Assembly: GCA_038087875.1 (NCBI GenBank)
Contig: CM075989.1
Location: 496,001 to 560,000 of the forward strand
Direction of reading: 5' to 3'
Source of the DNA: Malacoraja senta
Taxonomy: Eukaryota
Length of the DNA stretch: 64,000 nt
The stretch's first letter is position 1. Every line of letters begins with the position of its first letter. Of this stretch, positions 25,401 through 36,617 are shown piece by piece. A program made the position numbers and the translations under genes. Under the pieces are notes generated by a model. It saw only the letters and a list, made by a program, of their open reading frames with translations, made no database searches and had not been told where the DNA came from.

Positions 25401-27605
25401 ACGGGTCCTTTTCAGAATGGCAGGCAGTGACTAGTGGGGTACCGCAAGGCTCAGTGCTGGGACCCCAGCTATTTACAATATATATTAATGGTTTGGACGA
25501 GGGAATTAAATGCAACATCTCCAGGTTTGCAGATAACACTAAGCTGGGGGGTAGTGTTAGCTGTGAGGAAGATGCTAGGAGGCTGCAAGGTGACTTGGAT
25601 AGGCTGGGTGAGTGGGCAAATGCATGGCAGATGCAGTATAATGTGGGTAAATGTGAGGTTATCCACTTTGGTGGCAAAAACAGGAAAGCAGACTATTGTC
25701 GAAATGGTGGCCGATTAGGAAAAGGGGAGATGCAACGAGACCTGGGTGTCATGGTACACCAGTCATTGAAAGTAGGCATGCAGGTGCAGCAGGCAGTGAA
25801 GAAAGCGAATGGTATGTTAGCATTCATAGCAAAAGGATTTGAGTATAAGAGCAGTGAGATTCTACTGCTGTTGTACAAGGTCTTGGTGAGACCACACCTG
25901 GAGTATTGCATACAGTTTTGGTCTCCAAATCTGAGGAAGGACATAATTGCCATAGAGGGAGTGCAGAGAAGGTTCACCAGACTGATTCCTGGGATGTCAG
26001 GACTTTCATATGAAGAAAGACTGGATAGACTCGGCTTGTACTCGCTAGAATTTAGGAGATTGAGGGGGGATCTTATAGAAACTTACAAAATTTTTAAGGG
26101 GTTGGACAGGTTAGATGCAGGATTGTTCCCGATGTTGGGGAAGTCCAGGACAAGGGGTCACAGCTTAAGGATAGAGGGGAAATCGTTTAGGACCGAGATG
26201 AGAAAAACTTTTTTCACACAGAGAGTGCTGAATCTCTGGAACTCTCTGCCACAGAAGGTAGTTGAGGCCAGTTCATTGGCTATATTTAAGAGGGAGTTAG
26301 ATGTGGCCCTTGTGGCTAAAGGGATCAGGGGGTATGGAGAGAAGGCAGGTACGGGATACTGAGTTGGATGATCAGCCATGATCATATTGAATGGCAGTGC
26401 AGGCTCGAAGGGCTGAATGGCCTACTCCTGCACCTATTTTCTATGTTTCTATGTAATTCCCCGTTTTCTCTCTCGCTCCTTTCTTGAAAAGTGGAATAAC
26501 ATTAGCTATCCTCCAATCCACAGGAACTGATCCTCAATCTATTGGAAAATGATCACCAATGCATCCACTATTTCTAGAGCCACCTCCCTGAGGACCCTGG
26601 GATGCAGACTATCAGGCCCAGGGGATTTATCATCCTTCAGTCCCATTAGCCTACCCAATAGTATTTCTCGCCTAATGACAATTTCTTTCAGTTCCTCTAC
26701 CCCCTTAGATTCTCTGTCCTCCAGTACTTCTGGGAGATTGTTTGTGTCTTCCTTAGTGCAGACGGATCCGAAGTACCTGTTCCACTCTTCTGCCATTTCC
26801 TTGTTCCCCATAATAATTTCACCCGCGTCTGCCTTCAAGGGACCCACATTTGACTTTGCTACTCTTTTTCCCTTAACATATCTAAATAAGCTTTTACTGT
26901 CCTTCTTTATATTCCTGGCCAGCTTCCCTTCGTACACATCTTTTCAGCCCGTATTGCCCGTTTTGTTTCCTTCTGTTGTCCTATGAAAGTTTCCCAATCC
27001 TCTGGCTTCCGGCTACTCTTTGCTGTGTTATACATCTTTTTTTTTAGTTTTATTCTACCCCTAACTTCTCTTGTCAGCCACGGTTGCCTCCTACTTCCCT
27101 TAGAATTTTTCTTCCTTTTTGGAATGAAATGATCCTGCGTCTTCTGGATTATGCCCTGAAATTCCTGCCATTGCTGTTCCACAGTCATTCTTGCTAGGAT
27201 CCCTTTCCAGTCTAGCTTGGCCAACTCCCCTCTCATGGCTTCATAGTCCCCTTTGTTCAACTGCATCACTCCCACTTCTGATTTAACGTTCTCCTTCTCA
27301 AATTGCAGATTAAAACTAATCATATTATGATCACTACCTCCAAGCGGTACCTTTACCTCGAGTTCTCTTATCATATCTGTTTCACTGGACAACACTAAAT
27401 CCAGAATTGCCTTTTCTCTGGTCGGCTCCATTACAAGCTGCTCTAAGAATCCATCTCGGAGGCATTCTACAAACTCTCTTTCTTGGGGTCCTGAACCAAC
27501 CTGATTTTCCCAGTCTACCTGCATATTGAAATCCCCCATCACCACAGTGGCATTACCTTTGTTACATGCCAGTTTTAACTCCTGCTGCAACTTACACCCG
27601 ACACC
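22494..27605 (-). mobile_element. CR1-A (EN and RT), split by a CR1-B insertion at 23885-26451
   Basis: RT ORF 22872-23768 and EN ORF 26907-27590 (VMGDFN, ILDLVL, SDHNMI); CTGGTCTGTAA|TTCCCCG rejoins across the insert. Confidence 0.92.
23885..26451 (+). mobile_element. CR1 subfamily B, 5'-truncated with most of ORF2
   Basis: ORFs 23896-24387, 24412-25026 and 25082-26362; tail GGCCTACTCCTGCACC-(TCTATGTT)n; apparent TGTAA TSD. Confidence 0.93.
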
Positions 27606-28044
27606 CTACACCCCGAGGCAGATATCAGGTAACCCTGCAGGTGTTTATGTGTCAAGCACAAAAGAAACCTAGTGTCATACATTAGGCGTTCGCTGATGAG
27701 AAATAAACAAAAGTTTGGATTACGATGCTTTGTGTGGATTAAGATTTGTAAATGTTTACTTCAATGTCCTGTTCAGACCAATAAAATTAATCTTTCATTA
27801 TTTAACCAACAAAAATGGCATATTTAAACATTATTAGGCAGTCTAAGATTCTAGTGATTCAAAAAGTGTTTGTTAGAGTCTTGGGTTCACACACCACAGT
27901 AGCAGACCCTTCAGCCCATTGAGTCCATGCCAATCATGAGGCACCCATTTGCTCTAATCTCATTTTAATGCCGCCACATTCAGATTCTTCACTCACCTAC
28001 ACAATTTACAGTTGGTGACTAACCTAATCATCAGCATGTCTATC

Positions 28045-28200
28045 ATAGGATAGATAGAGCTCTAGGGGCTAGTGGAGTCAAGGGATATGGGGAGAAGGCA
28101 GGCACGAATTATTGATAGGGGACGATCAGCCATGATCACAATGAATGGCGGTGCTGGCTCGAAGGGCCGAATGGCCTCCTCCTGCACCTATATTCTATGT
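28045..28200 (+). repeat. CR1-A extreme 3' tail
   Basis: GATAGAGCTCTAGGGGCTAGT...GGCCGAATGGCCTCCTCCTGCACC. Confidence 0.85.
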
Positions 28201-28434
28201 GATGGCAGTTCAGACAGTCAGGAAACGTCTAGCTGATGGGATCCTTATTTGTTTATGAAATAGAAAACGTCGACACAGCTCTGCCTAAGACTACAAGAAA
28301 TTGTAGAACGTTGTGGATGTTGACCCGTCACACTAGCCTCCTCCCACATCGACTCCACCCATAGTTCATGTGGCCTCAAGAAAGGAACCAGCATAATCAA
28401 GGACAATTCACACCTTGTTTATTCTATTCTTTCC

Positions 28435-28919
28435 CCTGCAACCACAGAGGATGCAACATCTGTCCCTGTACCTCTTCCCTTTACTACATCCAAGGACCCT
28501 GACAGTCTTTTCAGGTGAGGGAGAGTTTCACTTGCACCTCCTCCAACCTCTTCTACTGTATCCGCTGTTCCAGGTGTGGACTCCTATTTATCTGCGAGAC
28601 CAAGGCAGGCTCAGTGATCATTTGGCTGAACATCTCCGCTCAGTCCGACCTGATCTCCCAGTTGCTAAACACTTTATCTCCCCCTCCCATTCCCATATTG
28701 ACTTTTCTGTTCTGGGCCTCCTCCATTGCAATGTGGAGGAACAGCATCTCATATTTCACTTGGGCTGCTTACACCCCAGCTGTATGAATATTGACCTCTA
28801 ACTTCAAGTAACCCTTGATTTGCCTCTCTCTCCATCCAACTCCCTTCCTAGTTCTCCAATCAGTCTGACTGTCGCTCTGATTACATTTTATCTCTGTATG
28901 CCACATTGTTACCTTCTCA
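28435..28919 (+). mobile_element. Penelope-like element GIY-YIG endonuclease remnant
   Basis: FTCTSSNLFYCIRCSRCGLLFICET, then AEHLRSV..DLPVAKHFISPSHS...EEQHLIFHLG..HPSCMNID across frameshifts. Confidence 0.85.
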
Positions 28920-29658
28920 TGTAATTCCGATCCTAAACTTACCCCCTTTAGTCTGGTTCAGTCAAACACCGAATACGAACACTGGAAATCCAACTTTCTT
29001 TATTGTGCACAATACCAGTACCAATACAATACGTAGTCCAATACCGCGGGACCGTTCCTTGTCTCTACTCACTTGAGCCCAACAGCCTCGTGCAAATAGA
29101 ACACACACCCCAGAAGATCGGCCCTCCCCAATGTGCTCCCCACTCTTTTATACCCTTACAGATCCTTGGCTCAAAAATACATGGGGGGGGCCAACTTGTA
29201 CAAGACAATTATCGATACGGGCTGTAAAATACATTGAATGACAGTTCCCTATCCCAATCATACAATAGCACATAACATAGTTTCAACACAAAGCACTTAG
29301 GGGAAATGCTTCTGTTAAGTAAAGAAACATTATCCCCAGGTAAATTAAACATCTTTGGTGAGGCCCCTCTCCTGGACCAATCATAATTAGCAGTGAGAAG
29401 ACTCTGCAACATAATGGTATTCCACCATTTCCCCAACCAATCCCAAGCATACATTTGCAACAGGACCTAGCTCCTTCTGCAAAATCTCATACATTTTAGC
29501 AATGACAGGCCATCTGGACATCAACCTCTATTCAACCCCTTTGCAGGCCAGAGACTTTCTGGAGCCATCTTTTGTAAAAGATGCCAAGCAGGTTTTACAG
29601 ATCCTTTAAACAGGCATCCTCCATCTTGTCAAGTATCCAAAAATGTCTGATATTAACA
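28920..29658 (-). repeat. ERV 3' LTR
   Basis: TG...CA ends, homologous to 56708-57444, preceded on the minus strand by PPT AAAAGAGGGGAA (29659-29670). Confidence 0.88.
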
Positions 29659-29942
29659 TTCCCCTCTTTTATCACATCTGATAACAAACAAGGTAAGATG
29701 ACAATGGTTCTCGTTATACAATTCGACAATGATAGGGATGTCATTGTGTCAGAACTCTAAGTAACTTCCCAAGTTTTCATGGGCATAGTTTCAAAGATTC
29801 CTGACTGACGAGTCTCCACCTCCCGAGTTTATACGGGCATGAATCCTCTTTATCCATCACGTCAGCTTGATGTACTCTTGACTCTCGATGGGTATGATGT
29901 TCCTATACTTAAGAAATTCCTTGAAGAAAACAAGTTAGCAGC

Positions 29943-30955
29943 TCAAACTCTTCCACCAATACTTTTGCAATGGTGAAGATGGACCCACGCATTCTTTCCT
30001 TCTACCTGAACAGCAGTTGGGGTCATCAGGAGAACCTGATAAGGTCCCTCCCACTGAGTCTCCAAGCCTTTCCTCACCCAATTCTTCACCATCACAAAAT
30101 CACCAGGCTTGACCTTAATGGAAGAAACCAAGGGAGCTAATTCACTGTGTACTGCTCGCACCCTAAAATGCAAATCTCTTAGTGCCCAAGTCAAGGTCAG
30201 AACATAGTTGGTCATCTCTGTAGTCATGTGATGGAAATTGACAACCTTTGTGGTATTTTGGTTCCACGGGGTTCTTAAGGGACATCCATACACAATTTCA
30301 GCTGGGCTTTGTCTTGATTTACCTGCAGGAGTGACACATATCTGAAACAAAGCTATAGGGAGTCATTTAATCCAACTAATTCCTGTCTCCACCTTTAATT
30401 TAGCCAATTTAGTTTTCTGGGCCTGATTTGCCCTTTCGACAGGTCCAGCAGCCTGTGGTCGATAAGCACAGTGCAGTTGCTGTTGGATGCCCAGCTGTTC
30501 ACAGCATTTTTTAATTAATTTGCCCAATGAAATGAGGACCATTCTCAAAGCGAATTGGAATACCGAATCTGGGGATAATTTCTCGCATCAGCACCTTGAC
30601 AACATTAGACACTTTGTTACCAAGTGTTGGATAGGCCTCAATCCATCTGCTGAATACATCGACAATCACAAGTACCTACCTATATCCTTGGCACTTCTCT
30701 GGCTCGATGTGATCCATCTGAAGAGTTTCAAAAGGACCCATGGGCAAAGGTGTTCTCCCATACTCGCCACCCAGTCCTTTCCCAGGATTATATTTCTGAC
30801 AAATCATACAGCAGCTACTCACTTTCTGGGCCCAAGTCAGTAATCTTGGATACCACCAAGTAGCTGAAAGAGCATCACCAATTGCTCTCGCACCACAGTG
30901 AGTTGTCAAATGCATACATTCCACAACCCAAACTGCAAAAGGATCTGGCATATAA
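29943..30955 (-). pseudogene. pol: ERV integrase, disrupted; no env between IN and LTR
   Basis: HLTTHCG...CMICQKYN, PFETLQMDHIE, HCAYRPQAAGPVERAN, SPAEIVYG, WEGPYQVLL. Confidence 0.88.
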
Positions 30956-30957
30956 GC

Positions 30958-31148
30958 AGGGCCGGATTTAGGTGAAGAGAGGCCCTAGGCTATTCCACTT
31001 GTGAGGTCCCTCCCAATCCCCCACCACCACGACAAGAGGAAGATGGAAGAGTCCACCAGATTGACACCGATGTGCAGCTGAGCGTGGCCAATGAGATAAG
31101 GGCTGGAAAGCTGCGCTTTTTATTTATTACCAGTGCTAGTGTCGAGTC
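30958..31148. repeat. Possible end of a non-autonomous DNA transposon
   Basis: Begins CAGGGCCGGATTTAGG where the ERV integrase stops; no matching second TIR found by eye. Confidence 0.3.
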
Positions 31149-32189
31149 ACATAGAAAACATAGAAAATAGGTGCAGGAGGAGGCCATTCGGCCCTTCGAG
31201 CCAGCACCGCCATTCATTGTGATCATGGCTGATCGTCCCCTATCAATAGCCCGTGCCTGCCTTCTCCCTATATCCCTTGATTCCACTAGCCCCTAGAGCT
31301 CTATCTAACTCTCTCTTAAATCCATCCAGTGACTTGGCCTCCACTGCCCTCTGTGGCAGGGAATTCCATGAATTCACAACTCTCTGGGTGAAAAGGTTTT
31401 TTCTCACCTCAGTCTTAAATGACTTCCCCTTTATTCTAAGACTATGGCCCCTGGTTCTGGACTCGCCCAACATTGGGAACATTTCTCCTGCATCTAGCTT
31501 GTCCAGTCCTTTTATAATTTTATATGTTTCTATAAGATCCCCCTCATCCTTCTAAACTCCAGTGAATACAAGCCTAGTCTTTTCAATCTTTCCTCATATG
31601 ACAGTCCCGCAATCCCAGGGATCAATCTCGTGAACCTACGCTGCACTGCCTCAATCACAAGGATGTCCTTCCTCAAATTAGGAGACCAAAACTGTACACA
31701 ATACTCCAGATATGGTCTCACCAGATCCCTATACAACTGCAGAAGAACCTCTTTACTCATATACTGAAATCCTCTTGTTATGAAGGCCAACATTCCATTA
31801 TCTTTCTTCACTGCCTGCTGTACCTGTAAGCCAGTGACCGGTGTACAAGGACGCCCAGGTCTCGCTGCACTTCCCCCTTACCTAACCTACATAGTTTCTC
31901 CAGCATTTTTGTGTACCCATTGAGATAATAATCTGCCCCTTTGTTTTTGCCGCCAAAGTGGATAACCTCACATTTATCTAGATTTTACTTCGGCGTCACG
32001 ATGAGGGATTACGTGAAGAGCCCGTCCAGCACGCATGCGCGACATTAGCGTTCACGCAGTGCAACAGCGACGAACGGGAGTACAAGGCGCTCCCGCTACA
32101 AGTTTAAAAAGCGGTCCATCAGGTAAGTACTTACTCTGAGGTCGTAATAGCAAGCTTGCTCTGCTGTGATTCCAGGTAAAACTGGGAAA

Positions 32190-33413
32190 ATGAATAAAGC
32201 ACGGCAAGCAAAGAAAACCGCCCCCCGTTCGACTCCAACAGAACCGGAGGGTCCCATCAGTGGGGGGCGAGAGGCGGCACCTGGACCGCTCATGCTGCGG
32301 TCCACCCTCATCGAGACCGAGCCGAGCCCAGTACCGCTAGCGCAGCCTGAGGAGCAGCAGCTGGCTGGAGGCAAATCAAGACAAAAAACAGACCGGCCGG
32401 TTATGTCTGACTCCGATGAGGAGGCTCCGCCTGAGAGTGGAAGGGGTAGCCGCCTGAGCCGAATGGAAAGGCTCATGGAGCAACTGCTCCAGCGAGACTT
32501 GCTTCGGGAGATGGAGCAGTCTCGCAAAGGGGGTTCAGGCACTCCCACAGCAGTGCCTTACAATGCACTGGCCATTGCTTCCCCCTCAGCCAAGGGCAGC
32601 ATTGGCGACCAGGACTTGGCTGGTCAGGAACAGGGGTCATTGGCTGAAGATATCGGGAGTACGCTTGGGATACAGGACCAGGAAGAGCTGCTGGGTGTGG
32701 TGAATCGCTACGTGGCTATACCACGAGCAGGGCGGCCATTGGAGCCAAAACTGGCGGCCAGCATTAACCACCTGTCCCTCAAACCCCTACAAGATCAGGT
32801 ACTTAATGAGGCACTAGACATCTACTCGCCTCCGGAGAACTGCAGTTCGCTTAATGTACCGGCCGTTAACAGCCAAATTTGGGGGTATGTTGGACAGAGT
32901 ATCCGGAGCCAGGAGCGAAAATTACAACGCATCCTCAAGCTCCTGACAACAGGGATAACATCCTATGCTCGTTCCGTGGATGGGGTGGATATGACCACAA
33001 ACCAGCAAGACACTCTGGCTCTCACCCAATACGAGATCAACATCCTCCGCAAGGAGATAATAAGACCTGCCCTCAATCCCAGGTATGCAGGACTGTGTAA
33101 AACACCGGCCTCAGAGCCACAGATACTGTTATTCGGGAAGGACTTAACAAAACAATTAAAAGACCTGGAGGACGAGGCCAAAGCATTTGGCCTCATGAGG
33201 GCAGGCCCCGGAACGAGCAGACCCACACAACCCAGACGGCAGTACCCCACCGCGTCCACCAGTCGACGACAAACATTCAGGACTGGTGAAAGCTCGGGGT
33301 CCGCATTCCATCCCCGAAAGCCTTTTTTAGGCCAGGCCCCATGGAAAATGCGCTACCCCCAACCAACAGGACATCCTGCAGTACAACGGCGGATGAAGAA
33401 ACAGAAGCAATGA
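32190..33413 (+). CDS. DIRS B ORF1 (gag-like), open, ~407 aa
   Basis: Uninterrupted ORF; PENCSSLNVPAVNSQIW, LQRILKLL, IRPALNP and LLFGKDL are shared with DIRS A ORF1. Confidence 0.85.
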   Translation: MNKARQAKKTAPRSTPTEPEGPISGGREAAPGPLMLRSTLIETEPSPVPLAQPEEQQLAGGKSRQKTDRPVMSDSDEEAPPESGRGSRLSRMERLMEQLLQRDLLREMEQSRKGGSGTPTAVPYNALAIASPSAKGSIGDQDLAGQEQGSLAEDIGSTLGIQDQEELLGVVNRYVAIPRAGRPLEPKLAASINHLSLKPLQDQVLNEALDIYSPPENCSSLNVPAVNSQIWGYVGQSIRSQERKLQRILKLLTTGITSYARSVDGVDMTTNQQDTLALTQYEINILRKEIIRPALNPRYAGLCKTPASEPQILLFGKDLTKQLKDLEDEAKAFGLMRAGPGTSRPTQPRRQYPTASTSRRQTFRTGESSGSAFHPRKPFLGQAPWKMRYPQPTGHPAVQRRMKKQKQ

Positions 33414-35364
33414 ACACTCCCATAGCTATGGAGGTAGGTGGGTCTGGTTCCTACCAGCATATAAAAAGTGGGGGGACTGTACTAACAGGGGGGAGATTAC
33501 ACCTGTTCATTGAAGCATGGAGGTCTCTCACGAATGATAGTTATATACTTAACAGTATTCGGGGATACAAAATAGAGTTCATTCAAGAAAACATGCCACC
33601 AGTTCAGCACGTACCCCAAAGGGTCTTTACCCTCTCAGTCAAAGAGAAACTATAGGCTCAAGAAGAACTGGTGAGGTTACTTACAAAGGGTGTCATTGAG
33701 AAATCCAAACATGAACCTTTGGAATTTGTCTCAAATATATTTACCAAAAGCAAAAAAGATGGTGGATGTCGCATCATCATTGACTTAACCTCGCAAAAAA
33801 AAACTTTGTTAAGTATGAACATTTCAAAATGGAAACATTTGTAACTGCCAAACAACTGATTTCCAAAGGATACTTTATGGCAAGCATTGATTTAAAAGAT
33901 GCCTACTATTCAGTACCCATTCATAAGGGTCATCGCAGATACCTGAAATTTACCTGGATGGGGCAACTATGGCAGTATTAAGCATTGCCTAATGGGTTAA
34001 CATCAGCTCCTAGACTATTTACCAAGATATTAAAACCAGCCTTGGCAACATTAAGAAAACAAAGACATATTGTCATGGCATACCTTGATGATATCCTAAT
34101 AGTAGGCAAAACCATGGAGTTGGCTAAATCAGCTGTATTAGCTACCAAACAATTGTTTGAAACCCTAAAATTTGTCATACATCCAGATAAATCTAAGTTG
34201 ACGCCATCCACAACTATGGACTATCTGGGATTCACAATTAACTCAGTCCACATGTCTGTAACATTACCAAAAGGTAAAGCAGCAGAATTGGCACAGACGT
34301 GCAACAATTTAACGGTTAGCAATCGACCAACCATCCGACAAGTGGCAAGAGTAATTGGCAAAATGGTAGCAGCATTTCCAGCTACACAATTTGGACCCCT
34401 ACACTATCAAAACCTACAAAGGGCAAAAGTACAGGCGTTGAAACGACATGCAGGTCACTTTGACCGAACCTTGAAATTACCCATTGAAGCAATATCAGAG
34501 TTACAATGGTGGATAGAAAACATTTGGCATAGTTCCAGCCCTATCATCATCAATAACCCAACATTAATTATACAAACAGATGCCAGTGCTCAAGGCTGGG
34601 AAGCAACTAATACCATATCCAGCACAGGTGGTAGATGGACTAACCTAGAATCATCTTTACTACAAACACTGGGCATAAATTACTTGGAAATGTTGGGTGT
34701 GTTTTATGGTTTAAAAGCATATTCTACGGTTATGCACCATTTGCATGTTCGTTTACAAATTGATAATACCACGGTGGTGGCCTATATTAACCATATGGGC
34801 GGAATAAAATCGATATCATGTGACAATTTGGTCAACAAAATCTGGCAATGGTGTGTCGATAGACATATTTGGCTATCAGCAACTTACCTACCAGGTAAGC
34901 TAAATACAGTGGCAGACACCAGGTCACGCAAATTCAATGATAACACCAATTGGATGTTAAATCCTAGAGCTTTTGCTAAAATTACAAAGCAATATGGCAC
35001 ACCAGATATCGATCTCTTTGCATCCAGACTAAATCGCCAGGTACCAATGTATGTGGCTTGGGAACCAGACCCTGATGCAGCAGCGATAGATGCATTCGCG
35101 CTGAACTGGGGAAACTATTTATTTAATGCTTTTCCACCCTTCTGCCTCATCAGTAGGGTACTACGCAAAATACAGATGGACTCTGCTTCAGGTATTTTGA
35201 TAGTACCCGACTGGCCTACACAGCCATGGTTCCCAGTGGTCCTCGACATGGTCATTGAAACTCCTATGACCTTCCCCAGTAGCCCAGACCTATTGACTCA
35301 CCTGGTATCAGGCATAAGTCATCCATGTCATGACTAAATTAACCTACTGGGTTGCAGGTTATGA
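33410..35364 (+). pseudogene. DIRS B RT-RNaseH-methyltransferase-like ORF
   Basis: GGRLHLF, SIDLKDAYY, LPNGLTSAPRLFTK, AYLDD, QTDAS, INYLEM, IDNTTVV, DLFAS...DAF...FPPF; stops at ~33653, ~33979 and 35335 and a frameshift in the A-run at ~33800. Confidence 0.92.
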
Positions 35365-36338
35365 AAAGACCACTGCGGGGCCTGGGGTTGTCTGACAGGA
35401 CCATCAACACGATGACAGCATCCCACCGTATGTCCACCAGGAAACAATACCTATCGAGCATCAGGAAGTGGGAAAGATACTGCTCGACTACTGGGACAAC
35501 ATACTCATCTGCAACCATAACCAATGTACTGGAGTTCCTGGCTGGCCTTCACCATAATGAATGATTGAGCTACAGCGCCATCAATACTGCCAGAAGTGCT
35601 CTGTCAGCCTATTTAAAACAAGTACCAGGACAACAGGCTATAGGGTCTCACCCGCTGGTGATTAAACTCATGAGGGGTATATTCAACTCTAACCCCCCTA
35701 GACCTAGATACACCAGAATCTGGGATGTCAGTGTGGTCCTGACATACCTAAGGGGATGTTCACCAGCCAGGTCTCTCACTCTGGAACAGCTAACCCTGAA
35801 AACGGTCATGCTGATGGCACTAGTCTCAGCACAAAGAGTCCAGTCCCTCTACTTACAGCGACTGGACAACATGGTTATAACACCAGACTGGGTATCATTC
35901 ACCATTCAGGAGCTGGTAAAGCAGAGCAGGCCAGGAACTTCAGGCCTAGTTATGGATTTCCGGGCATACCCACCTGACCCGCGGTTGTGTGTCATGACTC
36001 ACCTACTGACTTACATCAACACAACAAGAGATTCCCAAGGGAGAGAAAAAGCCTTATGGGTCAGCCACAAGCAACCACATGGTCGGGTGTCGAGCCAAAC
36101 CATCTCAAGGTGGCTAAAGCAGGTACTGGGAGCTGCTGGAGTAGATACTGACGTATATATATCTCACTCCACTAGGGCAGCATACACATCAGCGGCTAAA
36201 AGGATGGACGTACCACTGAACCACATCCTGGCTACAGCGGGGTGGTCCATGGAGAAAACGTTCCAAACATTCCACAACAAGCCGCTAGCAGAACCTGTGT
36301 TATTTGCAGAAAGAATTTTAGAATCTGCAAATATATAA
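35361..36338 (+). pseudogene. DIRS B tyrosine recombinase
   Basis: SAQRVQ, SHSTRAA, TAGWS; in-frame TGA at 35562-35564; the expected nucleophile position reads H (TFQTFH, versus FQHFY in DIRS A). Confidence 0.9.
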
Positions 36339-36504
36339 TTTAAGCCCGGGGGAGCATTTTTCTTTTGTTATTGTTTAATAAATACCATTATTGTTTACAA
36401 ACAGATTCATGGTTGATTACGATAACATACTTCCTCCCTTGACACACTTCGGCAGCGAGTGAAGTATGAACTGTTACACGGTTTGAAATCACAGAGCTTT
36501 AAAA

Positions 36505-36617
36505 TCTTCACGTAGTCACTCACGTGACTCCGAAGTAAAATAGTAAGATTAAACGAGAACTTACCAGTTTGAAGTTTGATCTTTATTTTATGAGGAGTTA
36601 CGATGAGGGATTACGTG
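36505..36617. repeat. ICR of DIRS B
   Basis: Joined reverse complements of the left and right termini (CCGAAGTAAAAT-AGTAAGATTAAACG). Confidence 0.92.

Noticed and set aside
29670..29940. ERV env gene
   Set aside because: Too short, with no ORF, furin site or transmembrane segment.
35361..36338. Phage integrase plus methylase suggesting a prophage or bacterial contamination
   Set aside because: Both are standard DIRS domains, bounded by DIRS termini and inserted into a vertebrate CR1.
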